A DNA stretch of 64,000 nt from Alloascoidea hylecoeti (lineage: Eukaryota): assembly GCA_001600815.1 (NCBI GenBank), contig BCKZ01000004.1, forward strand, positions 1,267,566 through 1,331,565, written 5' to 3'. Both the position numbers and the translations under genes were made by a program. Each line of letters begins with the position of its first letter. Within the stretch, counting starts at the first letter, position 1. A model generated the notes under the pieces. It did no database searches and was not told the DNA's origin. It saw only the letters and a program-made list of their open reading frames with translations. Positions 48,501-61,800 of the stretch are shown here, piece after piece.

Positions 48501-50119
48501 GCAGAACATTAAAAGAAATGAATGATTTACTAGATGATTATTTAAAAAAATATTTCAATTTAGAATTTAATGAATCAACATTAAAATTTGCAAAAAATGA
48601 TCATTCAAAACCAAGTTTAAATCATGCAATTGTAATTGATGGTGATTCATTAAATGAAATTATAAATTTTAAATTAGATGAAAAATTTGTTTTATTATGT
48701 AAACAATGTCGATCAGTTTTATGTTGTCGAGTAAGTCCATCACAAAAAGCAAAAGTTGTTTTAATGGTTAAAAAAACATTAGATGTAATGACTTTATCAA
48801 TTGGTGATGGTGCAAATGATATTGCAATGATTCAAGCTGCTGATGTTGGTGTTGGTATAGCTGGTGAAGAAGGTAGACAAGCAGTTATGTCTTCAGATTT
48901 TGGTTTGGCACAATTTAGATTTTTAACAAGGTTAATTTTAGTTCATGGTAGATGGTCATATAAGCGATTATCAGAAATGATTCCATGTTTTTTTTATAAA
49001 AATATTGTTTTCACTCTAAGTTTATTTTGGTATTCAATTTATAATGATTTTGATGGGTCTTATCTTTTTGAATTTACTTATTTGATGCTTTATAATTTGT
49101 TTTTTACTTCTTTACCTGTTATATTTATGGGGGTTTTAGATCAAGATGTAACAGATACTGTTTCATTATTAAATCCTCAATTATATATAACAGGAATTTT
49201 AAGAAAAGAATGGAATTTATATAAATTTTGGTTTTATATGATTGATGGAATTTATCAATCAGTTATATCATTTTATTTCCCATATTTGCTTTTTTATAAA
49301 GGAAACTTTACTTCTAAAAATGGTTTACCATTAGATCATAGATATTGGATTGGTGTTATGGTTTGTTCAATTTCAGTTATTTCTTGTAATGTTTATGTTT
49401 TATCACATCAAAAATGTTGGGATTGGTTAAGTATTATTATATTTTGGTTTAGTAATTTATTATTATTCTTTTGGACCGGTATTTGGAGTGCTGGTACATT
49501 TGCTGAAGAATTTTATAAATCTGCCCCACAAGTCTATGGATCTGTTGTATTTTGGGCAATTTTATTTGTTGGTATAATTGCAAATTTATTACCAAGGATT
49601 GTTTATGATACTTTTAAATCTATTTATTTTCCAAAAGATATTGATATTATCAGAGAACAAGCAAAATTAGGTGCATTTGATAATTATGTTAAACATGGTT
49701 ATGATCCAACTGCTCCAAAAACAATTAATATAAATAATGAAACCCAAAATCATAATAATGATAATTCAATTACAACAAGTTCAAATAATTTATCACCAGC
49801 TTCATCAACATATGATGAAGAAGCAAATATATCAAATCAATTACCTTCAACATCAACAACAAATAATGAAAATCCAAATGGTCGTCGTCGAAATTCATCA
49901 ATAATTAGTAAATTAATACCAAATAAACGTGTATTTTCATTAAAACCACCAAAAAGACCACAACAAATTTCAAATTCAGGATTGTTTAATATTTCAACAA
50001 GAACTTCTTTAGATGGTGTTAGATCTTCTGTTGATTTACCTGGTTTATCACAAGCTCACACATTACTTTCTTTACATACAACTCGTACAAGAGATTCACA
50101 CTCACATCTTCGGAGTTAA
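45565..50119 (+). CDS. DNF1: P4-type ATPase phospholipid flippase, Dnf1/Dnf2 type; exons 45565-45993 and 46067-50119 (~1493 aa)
   Basis: YPRNKIRTTKYTPLTF, NLDGET, PISLY, FSDKTGTLT, LTGDK and IGDGAND motifs; a 73-nt intron GTAAGT…CACTAAC…TAG joins IILG|AFAIFGV. Confidence 0.95.
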
Positions 50120-50210
50120 TATTAATCATATTTTTTTAAAATTTTTTTTAAGATTAACTTATTTTGTTTTGATTAATATAATTTGTTTAATTTAATTTGC
50201 TTTTTGTTTT

Positions 50211-50316
50211 TTGATTTAATTTAATTTAATTTAATTTAATTTGATTTGATTTAATTTAATTTAATTTAATTTAATTTAATTTAATTTGATTTGATTTGAT
50301 TTGATTTGATTTGATT
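50211..50316. repeat. (TTTAA/TTTGA)n pentanucleotide microsatellite
   Basis: About 21 consecutive 5-bp units downstream of DNF1. Confidence 0.95.
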
Positions 50317-51252
50317 GTTGTTTTTGTTTTGTCTTTAATTTTTGTCTTTATTTTGTATTTTTATCTTTTGTTTTTCTTCTTTTCTTTTGATTAATTAATT
50401 CTTAATCAAAATTCTAATATAGTATGGATTAATTAATAATCGTAATAAATATTTATATGATCAATTAACCCTATACCTATACAAAAATAAAATACAAAAT
50501 AATAATAAAATTAGCTATAGCTACTTCTGATATGTATAATACAAAAAAGAAATATTACACTCATTAAATAAAGTAGCTTTAAAATAGTACAATATATCTT
50601 CATGAATTCAACTCTAAATAGATTCAGGCATCTGTGCTTGAAATTTTAGAAATCAAAACTTCCTTCATCCTCATGAAATGATTTCCCCAAATGTGTAATT
50701 TATCATCAGATACCGGTATACCATATGTTTAACTCTTCTAATTCTACTTCGATAATACCATTTATAAAATCTGAAGATTTTAATTCTTTATCGGAATCTT
50801 CATATATAATGAATTTTGAATCAATTTTATCCTTTAATTTTATTTCTTTTTTTAACTTTCAAGTCTTCTCCAAACTTTGAATTTTTATAAATAAGTATAG
50901 GATTTCTTTCAATTATCAATTTATGATAACTCTTAGAACAATAATGATTTGTTAATGAATTTTTTCTTGGTGTCAATTGAGTGTCGACTCTGCGGAAACC
51001 TAAGAGGTTTGTAAACTGTCCACTAGTAGACCTAAACCTAAACCATTAACATATTATTAAACCGCTTTGTTACTGTCTCCAAAGTTAATATTTAATTTTA
51101 AATTGCATTTTTTTTTTTGTTAGCTATTCGTTCTGGAGATTGTATACTTTCAATGTTGAACGATGCTAGTACTAGATGTAGTGCTTTGTGATCCCTTGAG
51201 AATGTCGAGTAACTCTGTAATCTGGCTTCATTCCGATTAATACTTCTGTTTC

Positions 51253-51890
51253 CTATTTCGTTGTTGATTTTCCATCTTTCTGCTTAGCAAGAATGCCTGA
51301 CGCTCATTGTAGATATCCTTATCGGTTATGACAATATCCGCCCCGAATGAGGTATCTGCCAATAATTTTTTTAGAATACGTGGTTCGGTGATTCCAACCG
51401 AAAAATGTGAGTAAAGAAATGCGCGTGTTTCTGGATTTCATCGTCTAATTGTTGCAAAAGCTGTTGGAGAATCAGCTGGTAAATGGTTGTGTGATGAGCA
51501 CTTAAGAAACAACTTCCATTGTTGCTTTCGCTTTAACAAGCTGACTCAGAAGGAAAAAGGACATTGTATACGACGAGTATCACCAATTCTTTGTCGGGTA
51601 TCAGCTGAAAGACCACTTTTTGACTCATATCTTCCTCCATATTCACACCATCACAATCGAAACATTTTCGCAGATGGTTTCATTGCGCTGCGATAGATAA
51701 CGATCCCATTCTTGGCCCTCTTCATGTAGTCGGTTACATATGCGTCCACGTTTTCAATAGTATCAAATAGAATCTCCTCTGGCAATACATCGGGTATTAA
51801 TAAGACAGATTCACGATTACCCTCTAATGGTGCCGGATTCTCTGTATCATCATTATCTAAGTTCATATCATGGGGTTGTGGTGGGTCCAT
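51253..51890 (-). pseudogene. MULE/FAR1 Zn-finger paralog with three in-frame TGA stops
   Basis: MDPPQPH…FDTIENVDAYVTDYMKRAKNGIVI…CEYG…CPFSF…CSSHNHLPADSPTAF; collinear with 32876-33541; shares a ~270-bp 3' flank (50982-51250). Confidence 0.88.
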
Positions 51891-52083
51891 GTTGTAAATC
51901 TTACACCACAATAATTGCGAGTTTCATAGAAACGTATACCAATAGATCATCATATTCGCTTTTATTCCATCAACAAGTTCATCTGTACCAATTGCCAATT
52001 CCTTTTCTAATTTGTCATATACTTGACATTGATATGCGGTCCTGGATCATGTTCTTCAAAATCATCAATAACACTGTTATATA

Positions 52084-52282
52084 TAGTTTTTCCACTCTGA
52101 ATTCGCCATATTGGAGAGCCATTTTCGTTTTTCATTATGTTTGTATGTGTATTTTCGGCATTGCAAATTTTAATAATTCGTTTATCGGGTGATCTTATTT
52201 TCGCTCTTTTAATTTAATTCAGTTCATAACATTTTTGACGAAAGTGGCTCTCGAATATGGCGAATTCAGAGTGGTAAAACTC
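52084..52282. mobile_element. pogo/Tc1-mariner-type MITE, diverged copy
   Basis: ~45-bp imperfect TIRs (tagtttttccactctgaattcgccatatt… / …aatatggcgaattcagagtggtaaaactc) flanked by TA; same TIR family as 58097-58323. Confidence 0.85.
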
Positions 52283-52347
52283 TACAATATCTAATTTAAC
52301 ATCAAATTCCAAACATCATGACAAACATATCCATAATATTGATACTT

Positions 52348-52517
<170 letters not shown>

Positions 52518-52943
52518 GTTGCTAGATTTGTTACTTGATACATAAGAAAGACATATTAGCAAAAAAGTATATTCAACACAACTAAAGAACCATGGAAGAA
52601 ATAACCGGGGCTCATTAATCATAAATTTGGGTATTTCTATAGGAAACAATATATCGTTTGAAATTGAGCCCCATCGACATTGTAAAACTATTTGATTGTC
52701 GACTCTACGGAAACCTAAGAGGGTTGTAAACTGTCCCCTATAACTCATTAACATATTATTACCGCTTTGTGACAATCTCCAAAGTTAATAATAATATTTA
52801 ATTTGAAATTTCATATTGTTAGTCAATCATTCTGGAGATTTTACACTTTCTTTTTAAATGCTGGACGACTTTCGTACTTCATGTAGTGTTTGTCCTCTAC
52901 ACTGTGTTCCATTAAGCTTGAGAATATTGAGCAAATCTGTAAT

Positions 52944-53605
52944 CTATTTTTTTCCGATTAATACTTCTGTTTCATATTTCGTTGTTAATTTTTTCTCCTT
53001 AGCGAAGTATGTTTGACGTTCATTATAGATATCCTTATCGGTTATGACAATATCCGCCCCGAATGAGATATCTGCCAATAATTTTTTTAGAATACGTGGT
53101 TCGGTGATTCCAACCGAAAAATGTGAGTAAAGAAATGCGCGTGTTTCTGGAGTTCTCCGCCTAATTGTTGCAAAAGCTGTTGGAGAATCAGCTGGTAAAT
53201 GGTTGTGTGATGAGCACTTTGGTACCAATTTCCATTTCTGTTCTCGTTTTAAGAAGCTTACAGTGAAGAAGAAAGGACATTTTCGACGACGTGTTTTGAC
53301 ACTACGTTGACGTTGAATATTTTGCCCAACACGTTTTGAAGAATATTGCGATCCGTACTCACATCCATATTTCCGACACATTCGTTGGGATTCATTGAAC
53401 TTTTGTGTATAACAATTCCATTCTCGGCTCTCTTCATGTAATCTGTGACATAGACATCGACCTCTTCAATCGTATCAAACTTTCTCTCCTCAGGCACAAT
53501 ATCTGCTGGTAATAAGACAGGTTCTTCTTCTTCTTCCTCTCCTACTGGTAGCTGGGGTGCTATATCCTCATCTATCTTTATATCGGGGTGTAGGGGTAGG
53601 TCCAT
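52944..53605 (-). pseudogene. MULE/FAR1 Zn-finger paralog with one frameshift (~53380)
   Basis: ORFs 53258-53605 and 52944-53381 together give a full-length homolog of 32876-33541; shares the 3' flank (52697-52940) and part of the 5' flank. Confidence 0.88.
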
Positions 53606-54134
53606 GTTAAAAAAGAGAAAGAAATGTTGTATTAAACCTAGGCCTGGTTAGCTAACAGGTGGCAACCGTGGTGTTGCTTAACAGTGCTTAACAGTGCTAA
53701 TTACTTCTGTAATAGAGAAATTAATTGAGGAGGTTTTTTTTCTGGGGCCATTTAGATAATACGTTTTACTTAATTTAGGCCATGCTGATTAATTATAGGC
53801 CATTCCCATAACTAATTTTTGGCCACATATATAGTACGGTTTTACTAATTAGCAACGACTCCTTGTGGTGCAACACCTCCTCAGACAAGAAAACCTTCAA
53901 AATTTACCAAATAGAAGTAAAACAAATTCCGAAGGTTCTGAACCCCCTCCCTTTGAATACATTTGAGTGACTGGCTAGCCAACCCAAAAAAGGAATGAAG
54001 GTTTAATAATCATCAATAAAAATGATGACAGTAATAGCACTTGAAACTCTCTGATCAACATCAATTAATTTTAAAATATGAAATTAATAGATAACTCTAA
54101 GTAAGTATATAAAATATACTTATGTATTCTAATA

Positions 54135-55775
54135 TTAATGCTCGCATAAACTAAAAGTGCCACCAAATATTAGTTTATCTTCATCATAATAGTGATCTAG
54201 ATTGACAATCGCTCGTTCTTTCATAAGTTCTTCTCGGTTTTCTTTGGCTTTCTTCAATGATACTGGATTATCCACATAGCTCACTATTTTATCAAAAATT
54301 TCTTGTGGAAATGAATCCAATCTTGTATTATGTTGAATATTTTGTTTCCACCATTCTTGCTGTTGAGGTGGAACCTTATCCGTCGCTACAACCGACTCAT
54401 TGTAAGGGTCACATATAAAAAAACATATGATTTTGCGATGTCCATTTTTTGTCTTATCCATAAGTTCAAATGGTTCAACACGATGCTGATATAAATTAGG
54501 AAATACAATGACACGATCTTCGATGCATTCAATATCACCAAGTTGTTTAACAGTTGGATCTTCATCTTTTAATCCATAGATGATTCTCATTCCAATATCA
54601 TCATTTTGCTCATATTTTGGCGGATTAAATGCTGTTCTAAATGAAAGACGAGATTCTGTTATATTTACAGAATCATAATAGTATATGATAGTAGCAACAA
54701 TATCCTCATTAATTTGACCCTCAATATGCCAAGTTCCACCTCCATACTTAGGATCTTCAGTTGTTAATTCAATATTAGCTAATTTAGTGATAACTTTTAA
54801 TTGTTTACCTTTTACATCAAACTTTTTCATAGAAGGAATATTTTCAAATTTGATTCTTAATGGTAAAGGTACTCGATTATCCCACCATTCCTCATATGCA
54901 TCATCATTGAACTCTCTAGATTCGTTCATAAAAGAATCAATATCCTTATCATAAATCTCCATGTATGGAGGTACCTTGATTCTCATATAGGATTCGGATA
55001 TTCCTCTTGATAATGTTGCATTTAAACCAGGAATGCATTTCTCAAATATTTTAGCAATTGGATCATATAAATGTTTATTGATAATTGGATGTAAATTATT
55101 GATATATGATTTAATTTTAACTTCACCTGTTGATGATATATCAAATAATGCTGGTAACCATTGAAATCTTTTAGATATACCAAATTCTGCAATTCTAACT
55201 TTGTGTTTTGTTATATTATCCCTGTTAAATTCTATTGGTTGTAGATCACTGGAAGATATCAAATTTCCCATCGAAAGATCTAAGGGAATTCTTCCTTCCT
55301 TTAACATTAGTGTCTTTCCATACCTAAGGGGATACAAAGAAGGATGGACAAGATCCAATACCTGGTTATTAGAATTAGGATGCCAATCTTTTCTACCTTC
55401 CGGAACATTTTCTAATAAATCATATACCAAGGTTTTAAACTTGTTTTTTAATTCTTGGGAAATAACCCCATCTCCGGTATAGATATTATCATCACAAGCA
55501 GCTTGGAAACATCCACCTGTATCATTTCTTAAAATATCATAAAATTTCAATTCTTCAATAGCATATTCAATAACTTCATTTTTAAAAGATAGTTGTTGTA
55601 GTTCATTTTTCCATTTAGTTACAATTTCCGGATCTTGATATTTATTCCACCATTTATCTTTTTTTCTAATTACCTGACTAATCTTAATGATATCCCATTC
55701 ATCAAGACTACGGGGTTCAAAATCGTCTGTGTCCCAAGTAACAAAAGTAAAAGGATGAGAAAAGGGGGAAGGCAT
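54135..55775 (-). CDS. DUF4246-family protein (546 aa; putative 2OG-Fe(II) oxygenase-like fold)
   Basis: Family motifs DWHPNSNNQVLDLVHPSLYPL, FQWLPA, SYINNLHP, VITKLANIELT, WHIEGQINEDIVATIIYYYD, FPNLYQHRVEPF, VPPQQQEWW and terminal FSLCEH. Confidence 0.9.
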   Translation of the reverse strand: MPSPFSHPFTFVTWDTDDFEPRSLDEWDIIKISQVIRKKDKWWNKYQDPEIVTKWKNELQQLSFKNEVIEYAIEELKFYDILRNDTGGCFQAACDDNIYTGDGVISQELKNKFKTLVYDLLENVPEGRKDWHPNSNNQVLDLVHPSLYPLRYGKTLMLKEGRIPLDLSMGNLISSSDLQPIEFNRDNITKHKVRIAEFGISKRFQWLPALFDISSTGEVKIKSYINNLHPIINKHLYDPIAKIFEKCIPGLNATLSRGISESYMRIKVPPYMEIYDKDIDSFMNESREFNDDAYEEWWDNRVPLPLRIKFENIPSMKKFDVKGKQLKVITKLANIELTTEDPKYGGGTWHIEGQINEDIVATIIYYYDSVNITESRLSFRTAFNPPKYEQNDDIGMRIIYGLKDEDPTVKQLGDIECIEDRVIVFPNLYQHRVEPFELMDKTKNGHRKIICFFICDPYNESVVATDKVPPQQQEWWKQNIQHNTRLDSFPQEIFDKIVSYVDNPVSLKKAKENREELMKERAIVNLDHYYDEDKLIFGGTFSLCEH

Positions 55776-56989
55776 GATATCGATGGAAGTAATTTGGAAT
55801 GATCTAGCTATTTGTACAATGTAAGTTAAGTTAACCCCTCAGCTTAAATTCTTGAAATTTGGTTTTTTCGACTAATTAAACATTTTTGAGTGCTTAAGTA
55901 TTTTTAGAAAATATTTCGTCAGTTTCTTAAATGTAATTTTCGCTGAAATATTAAAAATAGGTAAAAGTATTCCCAAAGATCTTCCACAGGCCAATCCTTT
56001 TGCAAAACGTAAACCAGAATGTTGCTTAATTTTTCACCACTTAACAACCACCCCCAGTGATGGCAAAATCAAAAGGAAACCTCAGACCTCTTACATAAAG
56101 AGACAAATAAGTGAGAATTATGGTCGAAGCCATTGCCAGAAGTCATTCTGAGCCCAATTTTTCAGTTGCAATCAGATGAATTGCAAGCGACGTCGGGTTG
56201 ACCCGTCAAACTCTTGTAGAAAGAAAATCACAGTGAATAATCCACATTAGCAGCTAAAGAAGTATATTAAAATTTTACGAACGTTGAGGTGAATCGGATA
56301 ACTAATATGTTAATTTGTTAAGCAAAAAGAGTGGGTAGTGGCTGAAACAATGCTTTTTAAGTTCTTAGATCTAGATCAGTTGAGTGACGGAAGATTCAGG
56401 ACATGAGGAGCACTGCACCTATCACCAAACAAACAAGAATGTCACTACTGGTAGTTATGTGGGTGAGGATTGGGTGGAATTTCTGAAGAGGAATCCGAGG
56501 ATTTATATCAAAAACATAAAGGGTAATAGATCTAGATGCACGAGCTAAAGAACGAGGGAGAAACTGATAGCACTCGTAAAGAGTCGAAGGCAAACAAATA
56601 CTTCACAAACAGCCGAATAATATCCCTGAATTGAGAATGTTTTAAAGTGTTTAAACATAAATCCCATATGGTATATGGTACACGTATAATACCAGTACTA
56701 AATTCGGTATAGATATTTGGGTTGCCCGGATTGTCATCGTTGAATATGCACGTACTCTTTTTATTTGTGAATTTACAAAAGAGTAAAATTTACACACCAA
56801 CTAATATACATTCGACAACATCAACAATGGGAGTTATGCGTTATAAAAACAATCTTAGACCCGATTACCAATGCCCACCTAACAAAAAACTAAAGAGTGA
56901 ATACAGGCACCAACTCGTGCTAGAGGCTGTTATACCGAGAAATCGAAAAAGAGGCCAAAAGAACAAATACTACATGTGTCCCTAAAAAA

Positions 56990-57272
56990 CGAGCACCTTG
57001 ACAGGAATTTTACGAAAATCAACATCACATTTTACAAGAGAAGAAGAAGAATCATTACTTAAATTTATTGATGGTAAAAGTTCAAGAGGTGAGTGTATGA
57101 CAAGGCTACAATTTATTGATCATGCTATGAAATTATAGAATACACCAACAAATACTAGAATGACTTATGATCAAGCCAGTAACTGGTTTGAAAAATTCAA
57201 AAATAGGCACAGTGATACAGTAGATTCGGTTTATAGAAGAAGAATTAGAAAAAAACTAATAGTGAGAGGTTA
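56990..57272 (+). mobile_element. pogo/Fot1 transposase relic (CENP-B-type HTH)
   Basis: Translates HFTREEEESLLKFIDGKSSRGECMTRLQFIDHAMKL*…ASNWFEKFKNRH, the HTH_Tnp_Tc5 pattern; has an in-frame stop and no DDE domain. Confidence 0.7.
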
Positions 57273-58096
57273 AATAATCAGAATAATTATAGAGCTATTC
57301 AATTCGGATAAATTTAGATGAATTTGAATTTGAATAATCAAATAGATGCATATTAAAGACGTATAAAAACTATATAGCTATGAAATTAAACATATTTAAT
57401 CAAACAAATGGAACCCTTTTAGAATAAGGAGTTGTGAATGATAGGAAATTAGCAAATTTAGACTTTTAATCTTCTTATATAAGCCACTTCTTCATCATTA
57501 TCTATTTCCAGAATATATTACATCACAGTATTCTTTAGTGACAGCTCCAATTGAAGTAGTTTTATGATTGTTTGAAAATTCAATTGCAATCTGATTATAA
57601 ACGTTATATTTTGATGATTGCAAATGATTACCTTCATTGTCAAATTTTTGCTATCATTTCACTTCATAGCAGCAATTAGATCGTTTCGAATCTATTCCCA
57701 TGTTGATGACTTGTATCTTTCTGCTCTATAATCAACTCCTATCGTTTCGGGGATAACAATTGATCGCATGGAATCCGTCCTCTAGTTGTTGTATTGGATC
57801 TTTCTTCTTCACAATCAATGGCTCTCATTACCCATAATAGCAGTTATAAATATATCATTGCTGTCAATGTCAATAATGATACAGTATCTCAGCAATGATA
57901 TATTTGTAACTGCTCCGCTACCATGTTGTGGAATGATCGACAATAGAGGTGACCCAAGTTGAGGTTGGAACCGGCACCGAAACTAAAGATGTTAGAAGAG
58001 GACTCGGAGGGTGTATACTCCAGATGAGTCATGTGACATCATTAGTCAGGCATGTGGCTGTGATTGGCCATAGCTTCATCTTACTTCTTTTAAGTA

Positions 58097-58323
58097 CAGT
58101 TTTTCCACTCTGACTTCGCCACTTTCGTGAGCCATGTTCATCACATATGTATATGTATTTTGGGTATAGCGAAATCCAATAATTCGTTTCCAGAATGATC
58201 ACAAGCGTCGAACTTATTGCTCTACGTAATGTCGAACAAGGTGACGAAATATGTGCCAAAAATACATATACATATGTGACGAACATGACTCTCGAAAGTG
58301 GCGAAGTCAGAGTGGAAAAACTG
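58097..58323. mobile_element. pogo/Tc1-mariner-type MITE (227 bp) with TA target-site duplication
   Basis: TA|CAGTTTTTCCACTCTGACTTCGCCACTTTCG…CGAAAGTGGCGAAGTCAGAGTGGAAAAACTG|TA; the first 31 bp are perfect and the TIRs extend imperfectly to ~65 bp. Confidence 0.93.
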
Positions 58324-58558
58324 TAACTTATTCGATTTTTATCCACCTCTAAGAATCTCTTGCTCTGATATCATGGAACTAACATAAGTTGATTTCCAAC
58401 AATAAATCATGGTAATAACTTCTTAATATTATATGAGTTGTTCAATTTTCTCCCAATTAACTCCATTAAGCACCATATGAAAAAATAATACAAATAACAA
58501 ACTGGCCAACATTGTAATCATCGCCCTTGTATTTCCTAATTCTTTTTCTAAACATGAG

Positions 58559-58805
58559 GTCTCCATGATTAAAAGCTTATAAACATTTACTTTAGTTTCT
58601 TGTACGCTAGTTCTCTTTGATCAACTTTTGTCTTGTCTTCTCTTCTTATATTTAATTGTTAAAATATATATAATTGGGGAACTAAAAAATTTAAATATAA
58701 AAAAAAGAAGAACTAAAACTATTGAAGACAAGAAAAAAGTTGATCAAAGGGTACTACCTTACAAGAAACTAAAACACACTCTCTAAAGATTTTAACTATG
58801 GAGAC
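58559..58805. mobile_element. Foldback/MITE-like element with ~85-bp imperfect inverted arms
   Basis: gtctccatgattaaaag…tttagtttcttgta…ctttgatcaactttt.tcttgtcttc pairs with gaagacaaga…aaagttgatcaaag…tacaagaaactaaa…tttaactatggagac. Confidence 0.75.
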
Positions 58806-61800
58806 TTAGACTAACGGAGCTGCTGTTTTTTTTTAGCCGTTGTGCAGGCATGTGCCCAAATTAAACCACAGTATTGATTGTCAGAATATCAATCCACCAA
58901 TCTTTTTATTCAATCGCAAAATATAAAAATTAAAATGATAATTACATAAATATTAGCAGCTTATAACTATCGTGGGCGTCACTGAAAATGAACAACTTAT
59001 AAGAAAATCCATATTTAAATATCCTTCGCATATGAAATATGACCACAACACCAAAATCACTTTATTTATATATTAAAGGTGACAGAAAGTAAATAAACGC
59101 TACATCTAAGTCTTGTCGTTTCAAATTGATTTTTCCATTTCTTTGTTTATCAAATTTTGTCTCCAGATTTCGCGGCGATACAAATAGTTGAGAGATGGGG
59201 TCATGTTTGCTTCACATGTTGTGAGAAATGAAGCTTGCCTTATATAGAGTAGTGCATGGATTTGCATATTGATATATTTCCGTCTTAATATGTAGGGTTC
59301 CATATTCTTGAAGACCAAAATTTAGCCAGAAAATGATCCTGTGATCCACAATACAAATTTATGTCACTAAGATTGCAGTAGTAAGGAATAATTCCAATAT
59401 TTATCAGTCTCTGAATAAATTGATAGAGAATACTTACAAATAAGTAAAGATTCGTACATCACGTTCACTAGATTTTGCACAAAAGGAGTTAAGTTCGCAA
59501 CCCCCTTCTTTTCGTCCCATTTATCATTGGAAAAAAGCATAATCTTTTTGATAACCACGACTATATAGACCATTTAAACAATTGCAATATATGGTTACAC
59601 ACAATTCTTGAGACTAAAATCGATTTTCTTTCTGACCTCCTAGATGAAATATCTGAATTAACTTTTCAGGCTTGTCACCTACAGCCTTACTTCATTATAA
59701 TTAATAGTAAAAGAGTATTTAACTCATGGGGACAGATAGTTGATAACGATCTATGAAGAACAAAGTTTCAAGGGGAAAAATATTGGAAGTGCCATAATGA
59801 TGATCCAGAACTTGATTCATGGTATGAATTACTAGTAATTGTAGAACTTTCTAGTTATAGTGATTTATAATAGCGGTCCAGAAAAACATTTATGTCTAAT
59901 CAAAATGATGAAAAGCTGAATTTACAATCTGAGCATGTTTTTAAAATTATAGGTAAGTTGCGTAATAACCAATAGCACATTCCTTATAAGATACACAAAA
60001 ACGTTTTCAAAATTTAACAAAATTTATTTATTGTCAATAAAAAAGGTAAAAATGTTAGAAGAGATACAAGAGATTGTGTTAGTTTCTTTTGTAAAGATTT
60101 TATAAGCATTTTGTGTCGGTCAGCAGGTAGAATATATGTTCTGAAGATGGCATAAAATTCCCCATTCCACAATTGCATTAGTGTTAATAATAGGTAAAAT
60201 GACATAGTACAACCTTGAAAATCCGCTTCACACCTGAATATACTTGGAAGATGACACATTCAAGTTTTCCTGTGTATTGAGTACTTTTCGTGGCTCTGAC
60301 ACATCTAGGTAACTGTAGTATAACGCCGATATGACTCAAACATATTGAGCAGAAGAACAGTCCGAAATCGTATATTCCTCCACGAAATCAGCTATGTGCT
60401 TCATATTTTGTCTATAGCCGTGAAATTCTCTCTGTTCTGAACGCCGATATCCGTCGACGAAAGCTAATAAATATGCCTAGTTCGGAAGTAGTAGTAGGTC
60501 CACGAAAAACGTAGCAGATTTGGTGTTTGCTGACTATGGTTTGCCGTTGGGAAACATCGCGAAACAAAACAACCCCCTCAATCTTCATACAAGATACTAC
60601 TCCTATTCACAAAGTTGGTATTTACTATGTCATGGTTAGAAGAGGAAGGAACTGAAATGATGGAATGACCTGCGTATCCGAACTTAGTTGATAAGGTGTG
60701 AAAAATAATGTTGGATATTAAGGTTTGTTGTGGTTAGTTTATGAAGTAAGGATCGATATTTAGTAATTACTATATAGTTAGCCATTTCCACTTGTTTTGA
60801 TAGAACAGATATATATACAATAATAAACAGATAATAACTACAGTTCAAAGATGTCAGATACTAAAGAGATATTAAGTATTTAACAAAGAATCATCAGCAA
60901 AGATCGCTAATGAAGCTACGGGTAGCAAAAAGAAAACATGGATCGACTTCTGGAATAATGTCTCTTGATAGACGGTACCCAAATTTCCACTTTAATATTG
61001 GATCTTGAATGCCGAAGATGATAAACTAATCGTTGAAGAATAATGACAACCATGTGGCAGATTGGGCCGCGAATATTCATCATAATACGCCCAATTTAAG
61101 TGTTCTGTGACTCAATTGCAATTGATATCAAAGACGTGGTGTTATTTGGAGATATGCATATGTAAAGTATACTCATTTCCTATTTGTATGCACAACTGTT
61201 TGAATTCGAATATGCACGTATAGTTGGCTCAGCTGCCAGCATGAACAGTTTTCTAAAATACGTATACCCTAATCAGGCCTAGGGCTGAGACTCTGTCTGA
61301 AGTGTTTCGAGGGTGATCACGATATTGGCATCCTAAGCCATTATATTAATATTACTCTGATATTAGATTAGACTTAATGCGACCTGACCGTAGCCAATGT
61401 TAATATAGTAAAAATACACTTACTTTTATGCACGTTATAAATAACCATCATCGACTTTCCTCGCGATCGAGTTCCCTTTTACTATTTAATAGCAATTCCA
61501 AATCTTTTTCAATTGTAAGGCCTGTCATATGGATGACCATAAATTTAAAGTCCACGAATCGAAGGTGGATTTAGTGTTTATTAACCCCGATAACTAACAA
61601 TGAAAATAAATCGGTTACAGATTAAGCTTAAATTTGTGCATATGCATCGCTATATACATCACATATAAGATTTTTACGATCGCGATATAAATATTATCAG
61701 TTGTTTCTTCTTTATAAAGCAAAGATCAAGAGGTTTCGCTTGCAATTGGAAGTTATACCTAAATTATAACCTTGAGCTTTATAATTAAACTTAAGTAATT

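Noticed and set aside
51253..51890. TGA readthrough or recoding in the MULE paralog
   Set aside because: The copy also has a frameshift near its 3' end, and TGA serves as a normal stop in the HSP12 copies; ordinary decay suffices.
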